NCBI GenBank assembly: GCA_045106415.1
Contig: JBGCEP010000042.1
Span: 1-50,710 of the forward strand
DNA from: Oligoflexales bacterium
GTDB taxonomy: Bacteria; Bdellovibrionota_B; Oligoflexia; Oligoflexales; Bog-1112
DNA length: 50,710 nt
Direction: 5' to 3'
The notes below the pieces were generated by a model that searched no databases, had not been told where the DNA came from, and was given only the letters and a program-made list of their open reading frames with translations. This document shows, in pieces, positions 10,258 through 20,748 of this stretch (its first letter is position 1; every line of letters starts with the position of its first letter). The position numbers were made by a program, and so were the translations under genes.

Positions 10258-10299
10258 GATAAAACCGAGAGAAAATTTTGAGTTTCTCTCGGTTTTATC
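10258..10299. terminator. Bidirectional intrinsic terminator
   Basis: GATAAAACCGAGAGAAA / TTTCTCTCGGTTTTATC inverted repeat between convergent genes. Confidence 0.85.
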
Positions 10300-10300
10300 T

Positions 10301-11572
10301 TTAAGGTAAGAATAAAGCTGTCAGCCCGAGAGCTATTGTTGTTAACGCAGAGGGTGAGAGATAAGAGCTTAAGCTTGATAAGTCATCAGAGTCAGAAGAT
10401 CCTGGAAGCTCAACTCCTAATCCATTATAAAAGTCTGTGCAGTTCACTCTATTTACACCTGTTGCTTCTGCTGCAAGAAGAGGTGTCTCAACACAGATAG
10501 GCTCAATGGTTGAGGTTGCTGAGCGAAAGCGCCCTCTCTCCTGGTTGAGAAGTCGTAGAGGTTCATCAATGCGGATGGCGACATTTCTTGCTCCTGGCGT
10601 GTACTCACTCCATTGATCAACATCACAGTCACCGTTGCAAAAATTATGCGAATTGATAGCGAAGATATATTTAAAGTCTTGAGTTGTAACTCCGCTTCCC
10701 GATGACCCTCCGGTCATGTCACAATCGTGAGCATAAGAGCCGTCACTTTGAAAACTACGGACACGACAGTTTGTATGAACGGTTGGAGTGAACCCTGATA
10801 AAATATCTCCAGAATATCCTGCTAGATTAATGGAGGAGTCTGTCGGTTTGTTGTTGATTTTAAGCCCTAAGGATCCTTGGGTTCTACCGAGAGGTTTTGT
10901 AAGCTTAATGATGGCCCAGTCGTAAGAAATATTAACTTCCCCAGTTGGTGAAGAATAAAGACTGTCGGAGTAAATTTCTTTTGCCCTTGCAGCAGCTTGA
11001 GGGTCTGACCTCCCGGATATAGCACCAGCAGAAAAGAAAAAATTTTTATAACGCTTTCCAAAATCATTTTCAACGCAGTGGGCAGCCGTTAATACAGCAT
11101 CTTCAGTTACAAGAGTGCCAGTGCAATGAAAACGATTGCCTTGTTCGTTTTCAAAAGTTAAACGCCCTATCGCAGAAAAAGGGTAGTCACCACTTTTTTC
11201 AATGGTACGGTCGTCTTCAGCAAAGATATTTTGAGGCTCAACTTCATAGGTTGGCTCTTGGAATTGAGGGTCGTAATGAGGCAGTATTTTTTGTATTGAA
11301 TCTTTGGTTGTTGTGTGTGAGGTAGTTGAAAAGGATGTAATGACTCCTATTGCAGCGATAGAAATAAGAGTGGTGGTAGCAATATATAATTTTGTTTTAT
11401 TTGAGTTCTTATTTTTTAAATGCCCTGAATTCTCATGTGCTACTGGAGTGTGAGCTTCAGAATACGATGTGGTCTTTAAGTGAGCCTCTGGAATATTAAT
11501 AGATATATTTGGGCTGGAAAAGGCCGTTAGAGATGTATAGATACAAAAAATAAAGAACGAGATATTACGCAT
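10301..11572 (-). CDS. Trypsin-like serine protease (V8/glutamyl endopeptidase-like), exported
   Basis: CTGTLV, LTAAHC (His), YDWAII (Asp), DMTGGSSGS (Ser); signal peptide and hydrophobic C-terminus. Confidence 0.9.
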   Translation of the reverse strand: MRNISFFIFCIYTSLTAFSSPNISINIPEAHLKTTSYSEAHTPVAHENSGHLKNKNSNKTKLYIATTTLISIAAIGVITSFSTTSHTTTKDSIQKILPHYDPQFQEPTYEVEPQNIFAEDDRTIEKSGDYPFSAIGRLTFENEQGNRFHCTGTLVTEDAVLTAAHCVENDFGKRYKNFFFSAGAISGRSDPQAAARAKEIYSDSLYSSPTGEVNISYDWAIIKLTKPLGRTQGSLGLKINNKPTDSSINLAGYSGDILSGFTPTVHTNCRVRSFQSDGSYAHDCDMTGGSSGSGVTTQDFKYIFAINSHNFCNGDCDVDQWSEYTPGARNVAIRIDEPLRLLNQERGRFRSATSTIEPICVETPLLAAEATGVNRVNCTDFYNGLGVELPGSSDSDDLSSLSSYLSPSALTTIALGLTALFLP

Positions 11573-12118
11573 AGTCTTCCCTGTGAATGCTTACTAATGC
11601 GCGCAATGTATGTTGTTTCTTGTGGGTTGTAAAGCTTGTTTTTATCTATTTCAATAGAGCGAGTTTTTTTTGATAAGAAAAATATTTAATAGTTTGTTTT
11701 TATAATGAAAATTTTTAAAAAAATACATTCTCGTTTTGTTTTTTTTGATTGAGTGGAGGCGCGCAGAAATATTTTGCTTTGTGTATAAAGATGTATTGTT
11801 TTTAACCTCGATTTCAGTTTGAGTTGCTTTTCGAGGGAAGTGCAATAATTTTTGAAAAAACCCATCATGAATGGTTTAATTGTGGCGCATGTAGGTAAGT
11901 CTCTTTGCTATAGCATGGCAGAGCCTTGTTTACACACCCATAAATACCAGATGTTGCTTTAAAATGAGTATTTATCAACTTCATAAAATTTTTTAATGTG
12001 TAAATAAAACTACCTAATGCTATAGAAGCAGCATCAATTTCTATGCTGCTGTGAAAAATGATAAAGATTTCATGTCTATAAGAAGGTTGTTAGGAATGGG
12101 AAGGTTTTTTTGTGTTTG

Positions 12119-12808
12119 TCAGCGCTGTAATTGGAGTGTTCTAAGCCCACATTGATAAAGCTCCTTGAGGCTCTGGTTTTTTGCGGTATAGATTTTTGTA
12201 AAATGTTGAGATTCACAAAAAACTTGAGTGGTTTCTCCTATGACACAAACTGGCCATGATAAAAAGTCTTGTGATTGTGGTTGCTTAAGAAAACCTTGCG
12301 CGCTGCTAGGGCTTGCAAAACATAACACGCCTTGGGGGAGCGCGTGAAGTTTTTGTATGAGTTCACGTGGTGCAAAACATCCTGTTTGTGTTTGATAGAG
12401 GTCCAGCACCGTAAATGCCCACCCGTTTTTTTTTGCAAAAACAGAAAGATCAAAGGCTCTGTTTTTTGGGCCAGGAAGCCATAGGGATTTAAAATTTTGA
12501 TAGTTTTTCTGTATGTAAGGTAAAAGACCTTGAGCTGTTGTTGTCTCAATTTTTTCAAGGTCGGTGTGGCCTTTTTGGGAGAGGGTTTGAAAGGTTTTTT
12601 CTCCGAAACAAATGATTTTTTCATCTGATGCTGGGATGATGTGTGCGGTTTCAGGGCTTGTGCAAACGGTGAGAGATCCTTTTGGGGAAGGTATGGGGGG
12701 GGAAAGGTGGCTTTTTTCGATGCACGGGATATGGAGAATGTTGTCAAGGGTTGAGAATAAAGATTGATCTTTTTCCCAATCTGATTTTGATCGAGTCCAA
12801 ATGATCAT
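12119..12808 (-). CDS. hemD: Uroporphyrinogen-III synthase
   Basis: IIWTR start, TS, LYQT, FASPSSA, IGETT motifs; last gene of the hem operon. Confidence 0.85.
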   Translation of the reverse strand: MIIWTRSKSDWEKDQSLFSTLDNILHIPCIEKSHLSPPIPSPKGSLTVCTSPETAHIIPASDEKIICFGEKTFQTLSQKGHTDLEKIETTTAQGLLPYIQKNYQNFKSLWLPGPKNRAFDLSVFAKKNGWAFTVLDLYQTQTGCFAPRELIQKLHALPQGVLCFASPSSAQGFLKQPQSQDFLSWPVCVIGETTQVFCESQHFTKIYTAKNQSLKELYQCGLRTLQLQR

Positions 12809-13689
12809 TTTGAACTCAGTTCAAGTGAGTCCATAAGAGCATGGATGTTTTCCTCAACTTTTTTGCGGCTTTGGATACGAGCTCGATAGTATGTGCCGTC
12901 TCTATACAAAAATGCCTTTGTTTCTTGTTCTGTGTAGTGAACTCCAATAGGGAGGGTGCAATCACCCCCAAGAGCAGCTAGCATACCTCTTTCAACTTCT
13001 GCTGCGAATTGTGTTTTGGTGTCATTGAGTTGCTTGAAAACAGGGTGAGCTTTATCAGCAAGGGTTTCAATCGCAAGAATTCCTTGTGAGGCACTGGGCA
13101 CAAACCACTCCGGGTCAATGACTTGATGGTAGTGAGGGTTTAATTGGAGGCGTTGAAGTGAAGCAGTAGCTAAAATAAGGCCGTCCCACTCAGTGCTATC
13201 TTTAAGCTTTTGTATGCGAGTATCGACATTACCGCGTATAGGGACCACTTTAATTTTCGGGCATTGTTCTTGTAAAAGCCGAGTTCGGCGCAGACTGCCA
13301 GTGGCAATGCATAAAGGCCCAAGGGATTTTAAATGTTCTATGTTTACAGGGGTCTTGGGGAGTTTGTCTTGTTTGAGAATGAGAGTGTCTGTGCATGCGT
13401 GTCGAGGTAGATAGGTGACGAGCTCAAAACCGTCAGGAGTGACTGCCGGAAGATCTTTTAAGCTATGGATAGCACAATCTGCTTCCCCTCTCTGCAAAGA
13501 CTGCTCCAATTCTCGTATGAAAACTCCCTTACCACCCATTTCATGTAAAAAACGGTCTTGGACTCGGTCTCCTTGTGTTGAAACAATGACCAGCTTAGAG
13601 TTTAGCCCTTTGTCTTTTAAGAGTTGAGCCACGTGATTTGCTTGCCAAAGTGCGAGTTTGCTGCCTCGAGTAGCGATTCTTATCGTCAT
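12805..13689 (-). CDS. hemC: Hydroxymethylbilane synthase
   Basis: IATRGSKLALWQA, GGKGVFIRELE, HSLKDLP, IRGNVDTR, GGDCTLPIG. Confidence 0.97.
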   Translation of the reverse strand: MTIRIATRGSKLALWQANHVAQLLKDKGLNSKLVIVSTQGDRVQDRFLHEMGGKGVFIRELEQSLQRGEADCAIHSLKDLPAVTPDGFELVTYLPRHACTDTLILKQDKLPKTPVNIEHLKSLGPLCIATGSLRRTRLLQEQCPKIKVVPIRGNVDTRIQKLKDSTEWDGLILATASLQRLQLNPHYHQVIDPEWFVPSASQGILAIETLADKAHPVFKQLNDTKTQFAAEVERGMLAALGGDCTLPIGVHYTEQETKAFLYRDGTYYRARIQSRKKVEENIHALMDSLELSSK

Positions 13690-14975
13690 TGGTTCGAGTC
13701 CTTTTTGGGGTTTTGAAATAAAGTTTGAAGTGCAGATGTAAGGTGATCTCTACGGTAATCATGATCAGGATTGGCTAGGGACTGAGCAACATCTGCTATG
13801 ATTTTTTGACCAATAGATTTCTGCATTTTTTCAATCATATGACTAACCTGAGGATTGAGCTCTGTCATAACTTGTTTTGAAAGAGTCTTTTGTGTTTCTG
13901 TGTGTATGATGTTTTCTAAGTATTCTCGAAACTCTGCAATTGCTGGTTTCAAAGCACGCGTTTGTAGCCAATCGGAAAACCTTGTTGTAGCGGCTTCGAT
14001 GAAGGAACGAGCTTGTTCTGCTGCGATGCGTCTTTCATCTAAGTTTTTATCAACAACCTGCTGAAGGTCGTCGACATCAAATAAATAGACTTCTTCAAAA
14101 TCGCGGCATCGTGGATCAATATCTTTTGGGACGGCAATATCAACAATAATTAAAGGTTTTCCCCCGCGTTTTCGCATAATAGGAGCAAGGTCTTCTTTGC
14201 GAAGAATAAATTCGCTTGCACCTGTGCAACTAATGATGACATCGGCTTTGCATAAGAGGTCTTTGAGGTCTTTGAGATCGTGAGCTTGTCCGACTCCTAG
14301 GTTTTCCACAAGGTCTATGGCCGATTGTTTTGTGCGATTTGCTATATAGAGGTCTTGAGGGTGGTGTCTCAGAGCGTAATGAGCTGTTGTACGTGACATA
14401 TGGCCTGCACCGATAAGCAAGAGTCGATGTTCTTGAAAAACCCCGTAAACACGTCGAGCAAGGTCCACAGCAGTATGGCCGATTGAGACTGTCTTTTGTC
14501 CTATCACTGTTTTGGAACGAACTTTTTTTGCTGTTGATAGAGCCTCTTGTGTGAGCCTTCCAAGTCGGTGTCCACAAGTTCCAGTAGCCTCAGCTAAAGC
14601 AATAGCTTGTTTAAATTGCCCTGTGATTTGTGTTTCTCCAATGACAAGAGAGTCTAAACTTGATGCTACTGAAAAAATATGGTGAATAGCTGATATATTT
14701 TCATAGTAGTAAGTGTGAGGTTGAATAAGTTTGAAGGAAACTTTGTTCTCCAGCAGCTTTTCCCACGCCTTTTTCACTGTTTCAGGTGAATCGGCAACAG
14801 CATACATCTCAAAACGATTACAGGTCGAAAGAATAGCAACTTCTTCTAATCCACACTCTTTTTGTAAAACGAGAAGAACTTCTTTTAACTCTTGTTCGGG
14901 AAAATACGCTTTTTCACGAATATCTATAGGAGTTGTTCGATGGCTGAGTCCAGCGCAATGAATATGATGGTTCAT
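13686..14975 (-). CDS. hemA: Glutamyl-tRNA reductase
   Basis: LSTCNRFE, SLDSLVIGETQI, IGAGHM, DIAVPKDID. Confidence 0.97.
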   Translation of the reverse strand: MNHHIHCAGLSHRTTPIDIREKAYFPEQELKEVLLVLQKECGLEEVAILSTCNRFEMYAVADSPETVKKAWEKLLENKVSFKLIQPHTYYYENISAIHHIFSVASSLDSLVIGETQITGQFKQAIALAEATGTCGHRLGRLTQEALSTAKKVRSKTVIGQKTVSIGHTAVDLARRVYGVFQEHRLLLIGAGHMSRTTAHYALRHHPQDLYIANRTKQSAIDLVENLGVGQAHDLKDLKDLLCKADVIISCTGASEFILRKEDLAPIMRKRGGKPLIIVDIAVPKDIDPRCRDFEEVYLFDVDDLQQVVDKNLDERRIAAEQARSFIEAATTRFSDWLQTRALKPAIAEFREYLENIIHTETQKTLSKQVMTELNPQVSHMIEKMQKSIGQKIIADVAQSLANPDHDYRRDHLTSALQTLFQNPKKDSNQ

Positions 14976-15763
14976 GGCAGGTTGAGTTCCCCCATCTTAA
15001 TTTGGGTGCTGAGCATGAGTCCTGATAAAAGTAAAAAACCAACTAAGCTCATTTTCGAAGTTGTCTTTACCGGGAGGTGTAAAACTTTTTGACTTAACAA
15101 ACAAAGAAGGTACCAAAGCCAGACACCAATAGCCCAGGAAAATTTTAAAGTTGCATTTGCGCTGAGAGGTGCTGCTGAGAGCAGGCTGCCTGTAACTAGA
15201 GCAAATGTTAAACAGAAAAAACCAGTGCCAAGACAAATGTTTAAAATTCGCTGCATAACATCGAGCGGAGGAACCCGGCCGATTTGATCAAGTTTACGCT
15301 GTTTCAAAGCCCGCTGTTGCCATAGATAAAGGCCAGCGATAATACTTGCGCTAAGCAACAACCCACATCCCATAACCGCAGCCGCAAGGTGCATATTGAA
15401 AGTGAACTCAGGCAGTGGATGAACTCGGTAGTCTCGGAGTAAAAAAGTCAGAAACCAGACCAGAGTCGCTCCAGGGGCAGCCCATGTATACACAGCGGGC
15501 ATATTCATTTTTCTATGTATAAATAAGCAAAGAAAACCTAAAACAGCCACACAAAGACCAGTAATACTATAAGCCTGTATGAAGATGCCTTCTATCAAGG
15601 CAAGTAACGTGGCAAAAGTAAAAAGTCCTATGCCGATTTTAGGACCTGTTGACGGTTGGGTATCCCAGCTATATAGAAATAGAATGGTACAAACCGCAAA
15701 GTCCATAAAGCTTAATTGTCCAATTAAACCATTTAGGTTCATAACTCCTCCATCATTACCCAC
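14972..15763 (-). CDS. ccsA: Cytochrome c assembly protein CcsA/HemX family
   Basis: Polytopic membrane protein with conserved His (MHLAA), LYLWQQRALK, PPLD; upstream of hemA. Confidence 0.8.
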   Translation of the reverse strand: MGNDGGVMNLNGLIGQLSFMDFAVCTILFLYSWDTQPSTGPKIGIGLFTFATLLALIEGIFIQAYSITGLCVAVLGFLCLFIHRKMNMPAVYTWAAPGATLVWFLTFLLRDYRVHPLPEFTFNMHLAAAVMGCGLLLSASIIAGLYLWQQRALKQRKLDQIGRVPPLDVMQRILNICLGTGFFCLTFALVTGSLLSAAPLSANATLKFSWAIGVWLWYLLCLLSQKVLHLPVKTTSKMSLVGFLLLSGLMLSTQIKMGELNLP

Positions 15764-16007
15764 CCATTATCAAGGACATCGTCCCGGGAGGCAAGGGAAG
15801 TCTTTTGCATAGTTTCACGGATCTATTCAATATCTTTCCTATTTCTGATATTTGGGCGAAGTTTTAAGGAAAACTATTTCCAAAGCTGCTAAAACTTCAA
15901 ATTGCGTGTAAAACTACAGTGCGAAGCCATATAGGTCAGGAGTCGTGAAACCGACAACGCGCAAATGCAAGTGAAAGCTGAGATCGAACCACTGCGGAGA
16001 AGAAGGG

Positions 16008-17306
16008 TTGCTAGAAAAGAGCAAAAACTTTTTAAATATTAAGGGTTTATCATGGCGCCTTGACTCTTGGAGGCGATATGAAGCGCTTCAGCAGCCATCT
16101 TACCCTTGTTCAGAAACCTTGCTTAAGGTGAGAGAAGAACTTCGCTCAAGCCCATCATTGGTTGATGTTGAGAGTGTTCGTAGACTTAAAGCATGGTTTT
16201 TGAAAGCTCAAAAGGGGCAAGCTTTTATCCTTCAAGGGGGAGACTGCGCAGAAGATTTCTCAAAAAATTCAGTGGCGTATGTTCATGGGCAGTGCCAACT
16301 TCTTACACAACTGGCTGAAACATTAGAACAATATTTACCACACCCTGTTGTGAAAATTGGCCGTATTGCAGGACAGTATGGTAAGCCGCGCACTTTAGAT
16401 AAAGAGTTAAATCCAAAAACAGGGGAGCAACAGTGGGCTTTTCGGGGGCATAACATTAACTCTGAAAAGTCATGTGTGCTCGCGAGGACTCCTGATCCAG
16501 AGAGAATGCTGGAAGGGTATAAAGGTTCTTTGAAAGCTATGCAGTGGATAGCTGAGTTCTTAGAGGAAAACGCAGAGCCATTAGCGCAATCTGAGATTTT
16601 CACTTCTCATGAGGGTCTTTTGCTGGACCTCGAGTCTGCTCAAACAAAATATAATACCCAAGATCAGGTTCATTACAATCAGAGCAGTCATATGCAGTGG
16701 ATTGGTGAGAGGACAAGACATCTTGGTGGTGCTCATATTGAGTATTTCCGAGGTGTTGGAAATCCTATAGGGCTTAAGGTAGGAGCAGATTCCAATCCAA
16801 GCGACATTGTGGAAACGATCATGCGCTTAAACCCATACTATCACTCTGGTCGTATCATGTTGATTACTCGTATGGGTGCCCAAAAAGTGAGGGTTGCATT
16901 GCCTGCCTTGATTGAAAAAGTACAACAAGCTCATCTTCCAGTCTTGTGGAGTTGTGACCCTATGCATGGGAATGGGCAGGTAAATGCTATGGGGGTAAAA
17001 ACCCGTGTGTTTGAAGATTTATGGAGTGAGCTGAAAAGCTGTTTTGATATCCATCAGGAAATGGATTCTCATCTATCCGGTGTGCATTTAGAGATGACGC
17101 ATGAACCTGTCACAGAATGTGTGAAGCAGCAAGAAATTGTCTTGGCACCGGACTACCGATCTTTATGTGATCCACGTTTAAATGCTCTTCAAGCTCAAAA
17201 CCTTGTGAATTGTTTTGTAGACCACTACCAGGATGATAGACGGCATTCATTATATCAAGCCAGGAAAATACAAGCCTCACATGGTTCCAGTATTTTAAAT
17301 ATCTAG
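16008..17306 (+). CDS. Class II DAHP synthase
   Basis: LQGGDCAE, GRIAGQYGKPR, WIGERTR, CDPMHGN, GVHLEMT, CDPRLN. Confidence 0.95.
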   Translation: MLEKSKNFLNIKGLSWRLDSWRRYEALQQPSYPCSETLLKVREELRSSPSLVDVESVRRLKAWFLKAQKGQAFILQGGDCAEDFSKNSVAYVHGQCQLLTQLAETLEQYLPHPVVKIGRIAGQYGKPRTLDKELNPKTGEQQWAFRGHNINSEKSCVLARTPDPERMLEGYKGSLKAMQWIAEFLEENAEPLAQSEIFTSHEGLLLDLESAQTKYNTQDQVHYNQSSHMQWIGERTRHLGGAHIEYFRGVGNPIGLKVGADSNPSDIVETIMRLNPYYHSGRIMLITRMGAQKVRVALPALIEKVQQAHLPVLWSCDPMHGNGQVNAMGVKTRVFEDLWSELKSCFDIHQEMDSHLSGVHLEMTHEPVTECVKQQEIVLAPDYRSLCDPRLNALQAQNLVNCFVDHYQDDRRHSLYQARKIQASHGSSILNI

Positions 17307-17322
17307 ATAAACGAGGTAGGGC

Positions 17323-19971
17323 TTGGAAATATGCATGACCAAACAGCAGTATTTTCTTTTTCCGCAAGATATGAAGGAAAGCTATGAAGACGCTGCGCTG
17401 ATTTCTATTTTTCAACAAAATCGAGCTCGAGGCTTGTTGCGTTTGTACGCAGACTCACACACACTTTCTCACGACTCTCACCCCTCACTCCTTTATTGGT
17501 GTGGGTTTATTCATAAATATTTACAAGAGTTATGTCTTGTCGCTGATGAAGTGTTTAGAGGCCTTGATCCTCAACCTGGAGATCTTGAAACTTTCCTTAA
17601 AAAGAAACCTGACTCTATGTCAGGTGTTGAGTTTGTTGATATCACCTTTCTACAGCTGCTTTGGCAAGAGATCTCTACCTATATAGCTGAACAACTCCAA
17701 CAGAAAAACCTGACTGTAAGACAATGGTTGCAGTGTTTTTTTCCTGAGTGGGAAGAAGCAGGCAAGCTTCATTTCCATTTTGCAGAAGATAGCCAAAACT
17801 TGAGCCATCCTTTTGCTTTTCTTGCAACATATTCTACGCGAGTGATGGGAAGACCAAGACTACAGCATGTTCCTCTCGGTAAACTTCTTGAACAAGTTGA
17901 CGACCACATGGCTCAGCTTCATGCTGTTATGAAACCTTTACAAAAAGCAGCTGAATCCAGCGTGTGGCTGAAAAGCTTTTTAGCAAGTCAAAAATTAAAT
18001 GCAGCAATATTCTTAAAAACCGACCAAGCTTGGGAGTTTTTACGTAACATTGACGTGTTTGAAGCTTGTGGAATTGTTGTTAGGTGTCCGGAGCACTGGA
18101 AGGAAAAAACACCAAAAAAAGCTCAAGTACAAGTGAGTTTTGGTGGCGTTGACGAGAATCATAAGCTTGGCACTTCAGCTTTGTTGCAGTTTAAAGTCAA
18201 TATCGCTGTTGATGGCCAAACGCTCTCAGAACAAGATTTAGATGACCTTTTGGCTTATGAAGAAAATCTTGTGCGTTTTAAAGGTCAGTGGATTCAACTT
18301 GATAGAAAGAAAGTTGGATCATTACTTGAAAAATGGAAAAAAGCAGCAGGTTTAAGGCGTGAAGGGGTGTCGTTTGCTGATGCGATGAAAATGCTTTCAG
18401 GTGTGCGGCCAGATTTTACAGAAGAGTGCGAGGAGGAGGGGCTTGAAAAGAGTGAGTGGCTTAGGTTTGATGCCTCGAGGTCATTAAAAAACTTACTGCA
18501 TGAGTTGCGGGACCCATCGTCTCAAAGATGCCGAGCAATGGAAGAAAGACTTCAAAGTCTTCTTCGCGCGCAGCTCAGGCCATATCAAGTGCAAGGAGTG
18601 CGGTGGTTGACTCTTATGTCTGACTTGGGCTTTGGTGGATGTTTGGCTGATGATATGGGGCTAGGCAAAACAATTCAAATGATAGCGTTACTTATCAATG
18701 AAGTTAGTGTGCGCCCTGGGCAGCATCTCTTGGTGGTTCCCACATCTTTATTGGGAAATTGGGAAGAAGAAATTTCGCGTTTTGCACCTCTTTTAACTTA
18801 TAAGACGGTTCATCGTTCGAGATTTTCTAAAGCGCAGATGATGTGTTCTTCATCTATTGCTGAGAGTCAGGTTGTGATAACAACCTATACAACTTTAGGA
18901 AATACGAGTTGGCTTAAAGAGCATTCATGGAATTTAGTCATACTTGATGAGGCGCAAGCTATTAAGAATGCAAATTCACAGCAATCTCAAACAGTTCATC
19001 AACTGATATCACGCTGTCGTTTTGTGATGACCGGAACTCCGATTGAGAATCGCTTATCTGACTTATGGTCTTTGTGCCATTTCTTTAGCCCGGAGCTTCT
19101 GGGAAGTAAAAAGTCTTTTCAAACGCTCCAAGAGCAGATGAAGGCAAAAAAGAATTACGCACCTTTAAAAAAGTTATTACAGCCTTATCTATTGCGAAGA
19201 AAAAAAACAGACCCAGAGATCGCAGCCAATTTGCCGCAAAAAACTGAGATGAAAACATACTGCCAGTTGAGTGTGTCTCAAATGAAGGCCTATCAAAAAG
19301 TTATTTTAGAACTTAAACAAGAGTTGATTGTTGGTGAGGGCCAAAGTCGCCAAGGAGCAGTTCTAAAGTCTCTGATGGCTTTAAAGCAAATATGCAATCA
19401 TCCGTCTCAATATTTGCAAGATGGTCTTTACGATGTTCATCAAAGTGGTAAGTTTGAGAGGTTGTCGTACCTTGCAAGAGATATTCATGAGTGTGGTGAA
19501 AAAGTTCTTGTTTTCACACAGTTCAAAGAGATTACGGATATTTTAGAAAATTTTTTGGCCTCGATTTTTGGCCATTCAGGTTTGGTTCTACATGGAGGCG
19601 TTTCTGCTTCTAAGAGGCAAGAAATGGTGAAAATTTTTCAGCAAGTGTCAGGTCCGTCATTTTTTATTTTAACAGTCAAGGCTGGGGGAACAGGTTTAAA
19701 TCTGACTGAGGCTTCTCATGTGATTCATTTTGATCGCTGGTGGAATCCTGCTGTGGAGCAGCAGGCTACAGATAGAGCTTTTCGTATAGGGCAAAAAAAA
19801 TCTGTTATTGTTCATAAAATGATTTGTAAAGGCACAATTGAAAATAAAATTGATGCTCTTATTGATGCAAAGCTTCATTTGACACAACAAATTATTGAAA
19901 ACCAGGAAGAGATACCAATTTCACAATGGTCGGATCAAGATATTTTAGATTTTGTACAGTTGGATGAATAA
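17323..19971 (+). CDS. SNF2-family helicase/ATPase
   Basis: LRPYQ, LADDMGLGKT, LDEAQAIKN, TGTPIEN, GGTGLNLT, DRWWNPAVEQQATDRAFRIGQ. Confidence 0.95.
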   Translation: MEICMTKQQYFLFPQDMKESYEDAALISIFQQNRARGLLRLYADSHTLSHDSHPSLLYWCGFIHKYLQELCLVADEVFRGLDPQPGDLETFLKKKPDSMSGVEFVDITFLQLLWQEISTYIAEQLQQKNLTVRQWLQCFFPEWEEAGKLHFHFAEDSQNLSHPFAFLATYSTRVMGRPRLQHVPLGKLLEQVDDHMAQLHAVMKPLQKAAESSVWLKSFLASQKLNAAIFLKTDQAWEFLRNIDVFEACGIVVRCPEHWKEKTPKKAQVQVSFGGVDENHKLGTSALLQFKVNIAVDGQTLSEQDLDDLLAYEENLVRFKGQWIQLDRKKVGSLLEKWKKAAGLRREGVSFADAMKMLSGVRPDFTEECEEEGLEKSEWLRFDASRSLKNLLHELRDPSSQRCRAMEERLQSLLRAQLRPYQVQGVRWLTLMSDLGFGGCLADDMGLGKTIQMIALLINEVSVRPGQHLLVVPTSLLGNWEEEISRFAPLLTYKTVHRSRFSKAQMMCSSSIAESQVVITTYTTLGNTSWLKEHSWNLVILDEAQAIKNANSQQSQTVHQLISRCRFVMTGTPIENRLSDLWSLCHFFSPELLGSKKSFQTLQEQMKAKKNYAPLKKLLQPYLLRRKKTDPEIAANLPQKTEMKTYCQLSVSQMKAYQKVILELKQELIVGEGQSRQGAVLKSLMALKQICNHPSQYLQDGLYDVHQSGKFERLSYLARDIHECGEKVLVFTQFKEITDILENFLASIFGHSGLVLHGGVSASKRQEMVKIFQQVSGPSFFILTVKAGGTGLNLTEASHVIHFDRWWNPAVEQQATDRAFRIGQKKSVIVHKMICKGTIENKIDALIDAKLHLTQQIIENQEEIPISQWSDQDILDFVQLDE

Positions 19972-20686
19972 TTTGTGGGAGCGTGATGTGTCTTATTATG
20001 ATTTTGAAAAACCAATGAGTGTTAAAGATCGCCGAGTTTTTTTAGCTAAGAAACTTCTTGAAATGGAAAAAATCAATCCATCCATTCAACCTGTTCGAGC
20101 GATAAGTGCTCGTAAAAAATTAGGAGAGTCTTATTGGGCTCAAGCATGGTGTCAGCACATAGAGTCCTATGCTGATTATGACTACCGAGTTGATAGAGGT
20201 CGTTCGTATTTAAGACAAGGAGCTATTCTTGACCTTGTTGTCAATGGCTCTACAGTTGAGTCAAAAGTTTATGGTGTTGAGCTTTATTCTGTCGAAATTA
20301 TTTTTCAGCCTTTAAATGAAAATATTTCTCAATTGATGAAGAAGAAGTTTGAAGATGATTTTTTGTCTTCACTCGATATTGTTTCTGGAAATTTTTCTGA
20401 AAGTTTAAAAGAGTTTTTGAAAGATCAAGATGGACTTTTCCCAAATCCTAATGAGTTGAATTATACATGTAACTGTCTTGATGACGCTGATCTTTGTAAA
20501 CATATTGCAGCAACACTTTATGGTATTGGCTTAAGATTTGATGTGGATCCATCGTTGTTCTTTACATTAAGAGGCTTAAATCCTTTGAGTTTGGTGAATT
20601 CATGTACTCATCAGACAAATAAAGATTGTGTGACTGCAAGTAATTCGCAGAATGATGCTAGTTTATTTGACATTGATATTTTATGA
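19952..20686 (+). CDS. SWIM zinc-finger protein (SNF2 partner)
   Basis: RGRSYLRQG, CNC...CKHIAATLYG, LFFTLRG; real start probably GTG near 19988. Confidence 0.9.
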   Translation: MYSWMNNLWERDVSYYDFEKPMSVKDRRVFLAKKLLEMEKINPSIQPVRAISARKKLGESYWAQAWCQHIESYADYDYRVDRGRSYLRQGAILDLVVNGSTVESKVYGVELYSVEIIFQPLNENISQLMKKKFEDDFLSSLDIVSGNFSESLKEFLKDQDGLFPNPNELNYTCNCLDDADLCKHIAATLYGIGLRFDVDPSLFFTLRGLNPLSLVNSCTHQTNKDCVTASNSQNDASLFDIDIL

Positions 20687-20748
20687 AAATATAAAGATAA
20701 CATACAAATTATCTCATATAAATTGTTAAATGAAAGGGTTGTCCACTT

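Noticed and set aside
11600..12100. 60-64 aa ORFs in the AT-rich intergenic region
   Set aside because: Low-complexity Lys/Phe/Asn composition, no RBS or motif; likely spurious
12238..15812. Short alternative-frame and antisense ORFs within the hem operon (and similar ones across the window)
   Set aside because: Fully overlap well-supported genes and have no recognisable motifs
15919..15995. Group II intron 5' end (GTGCG) or hammerhead ribozyme
   Set aside because: No domain V/VI, no RT ORF and no complete hammerhead core
17323..20686. SNF2-SWIM pair as a novel defence system
   Set aside because: A widespread known gene pair; no nuclease, methylase or other defence genes adjacent
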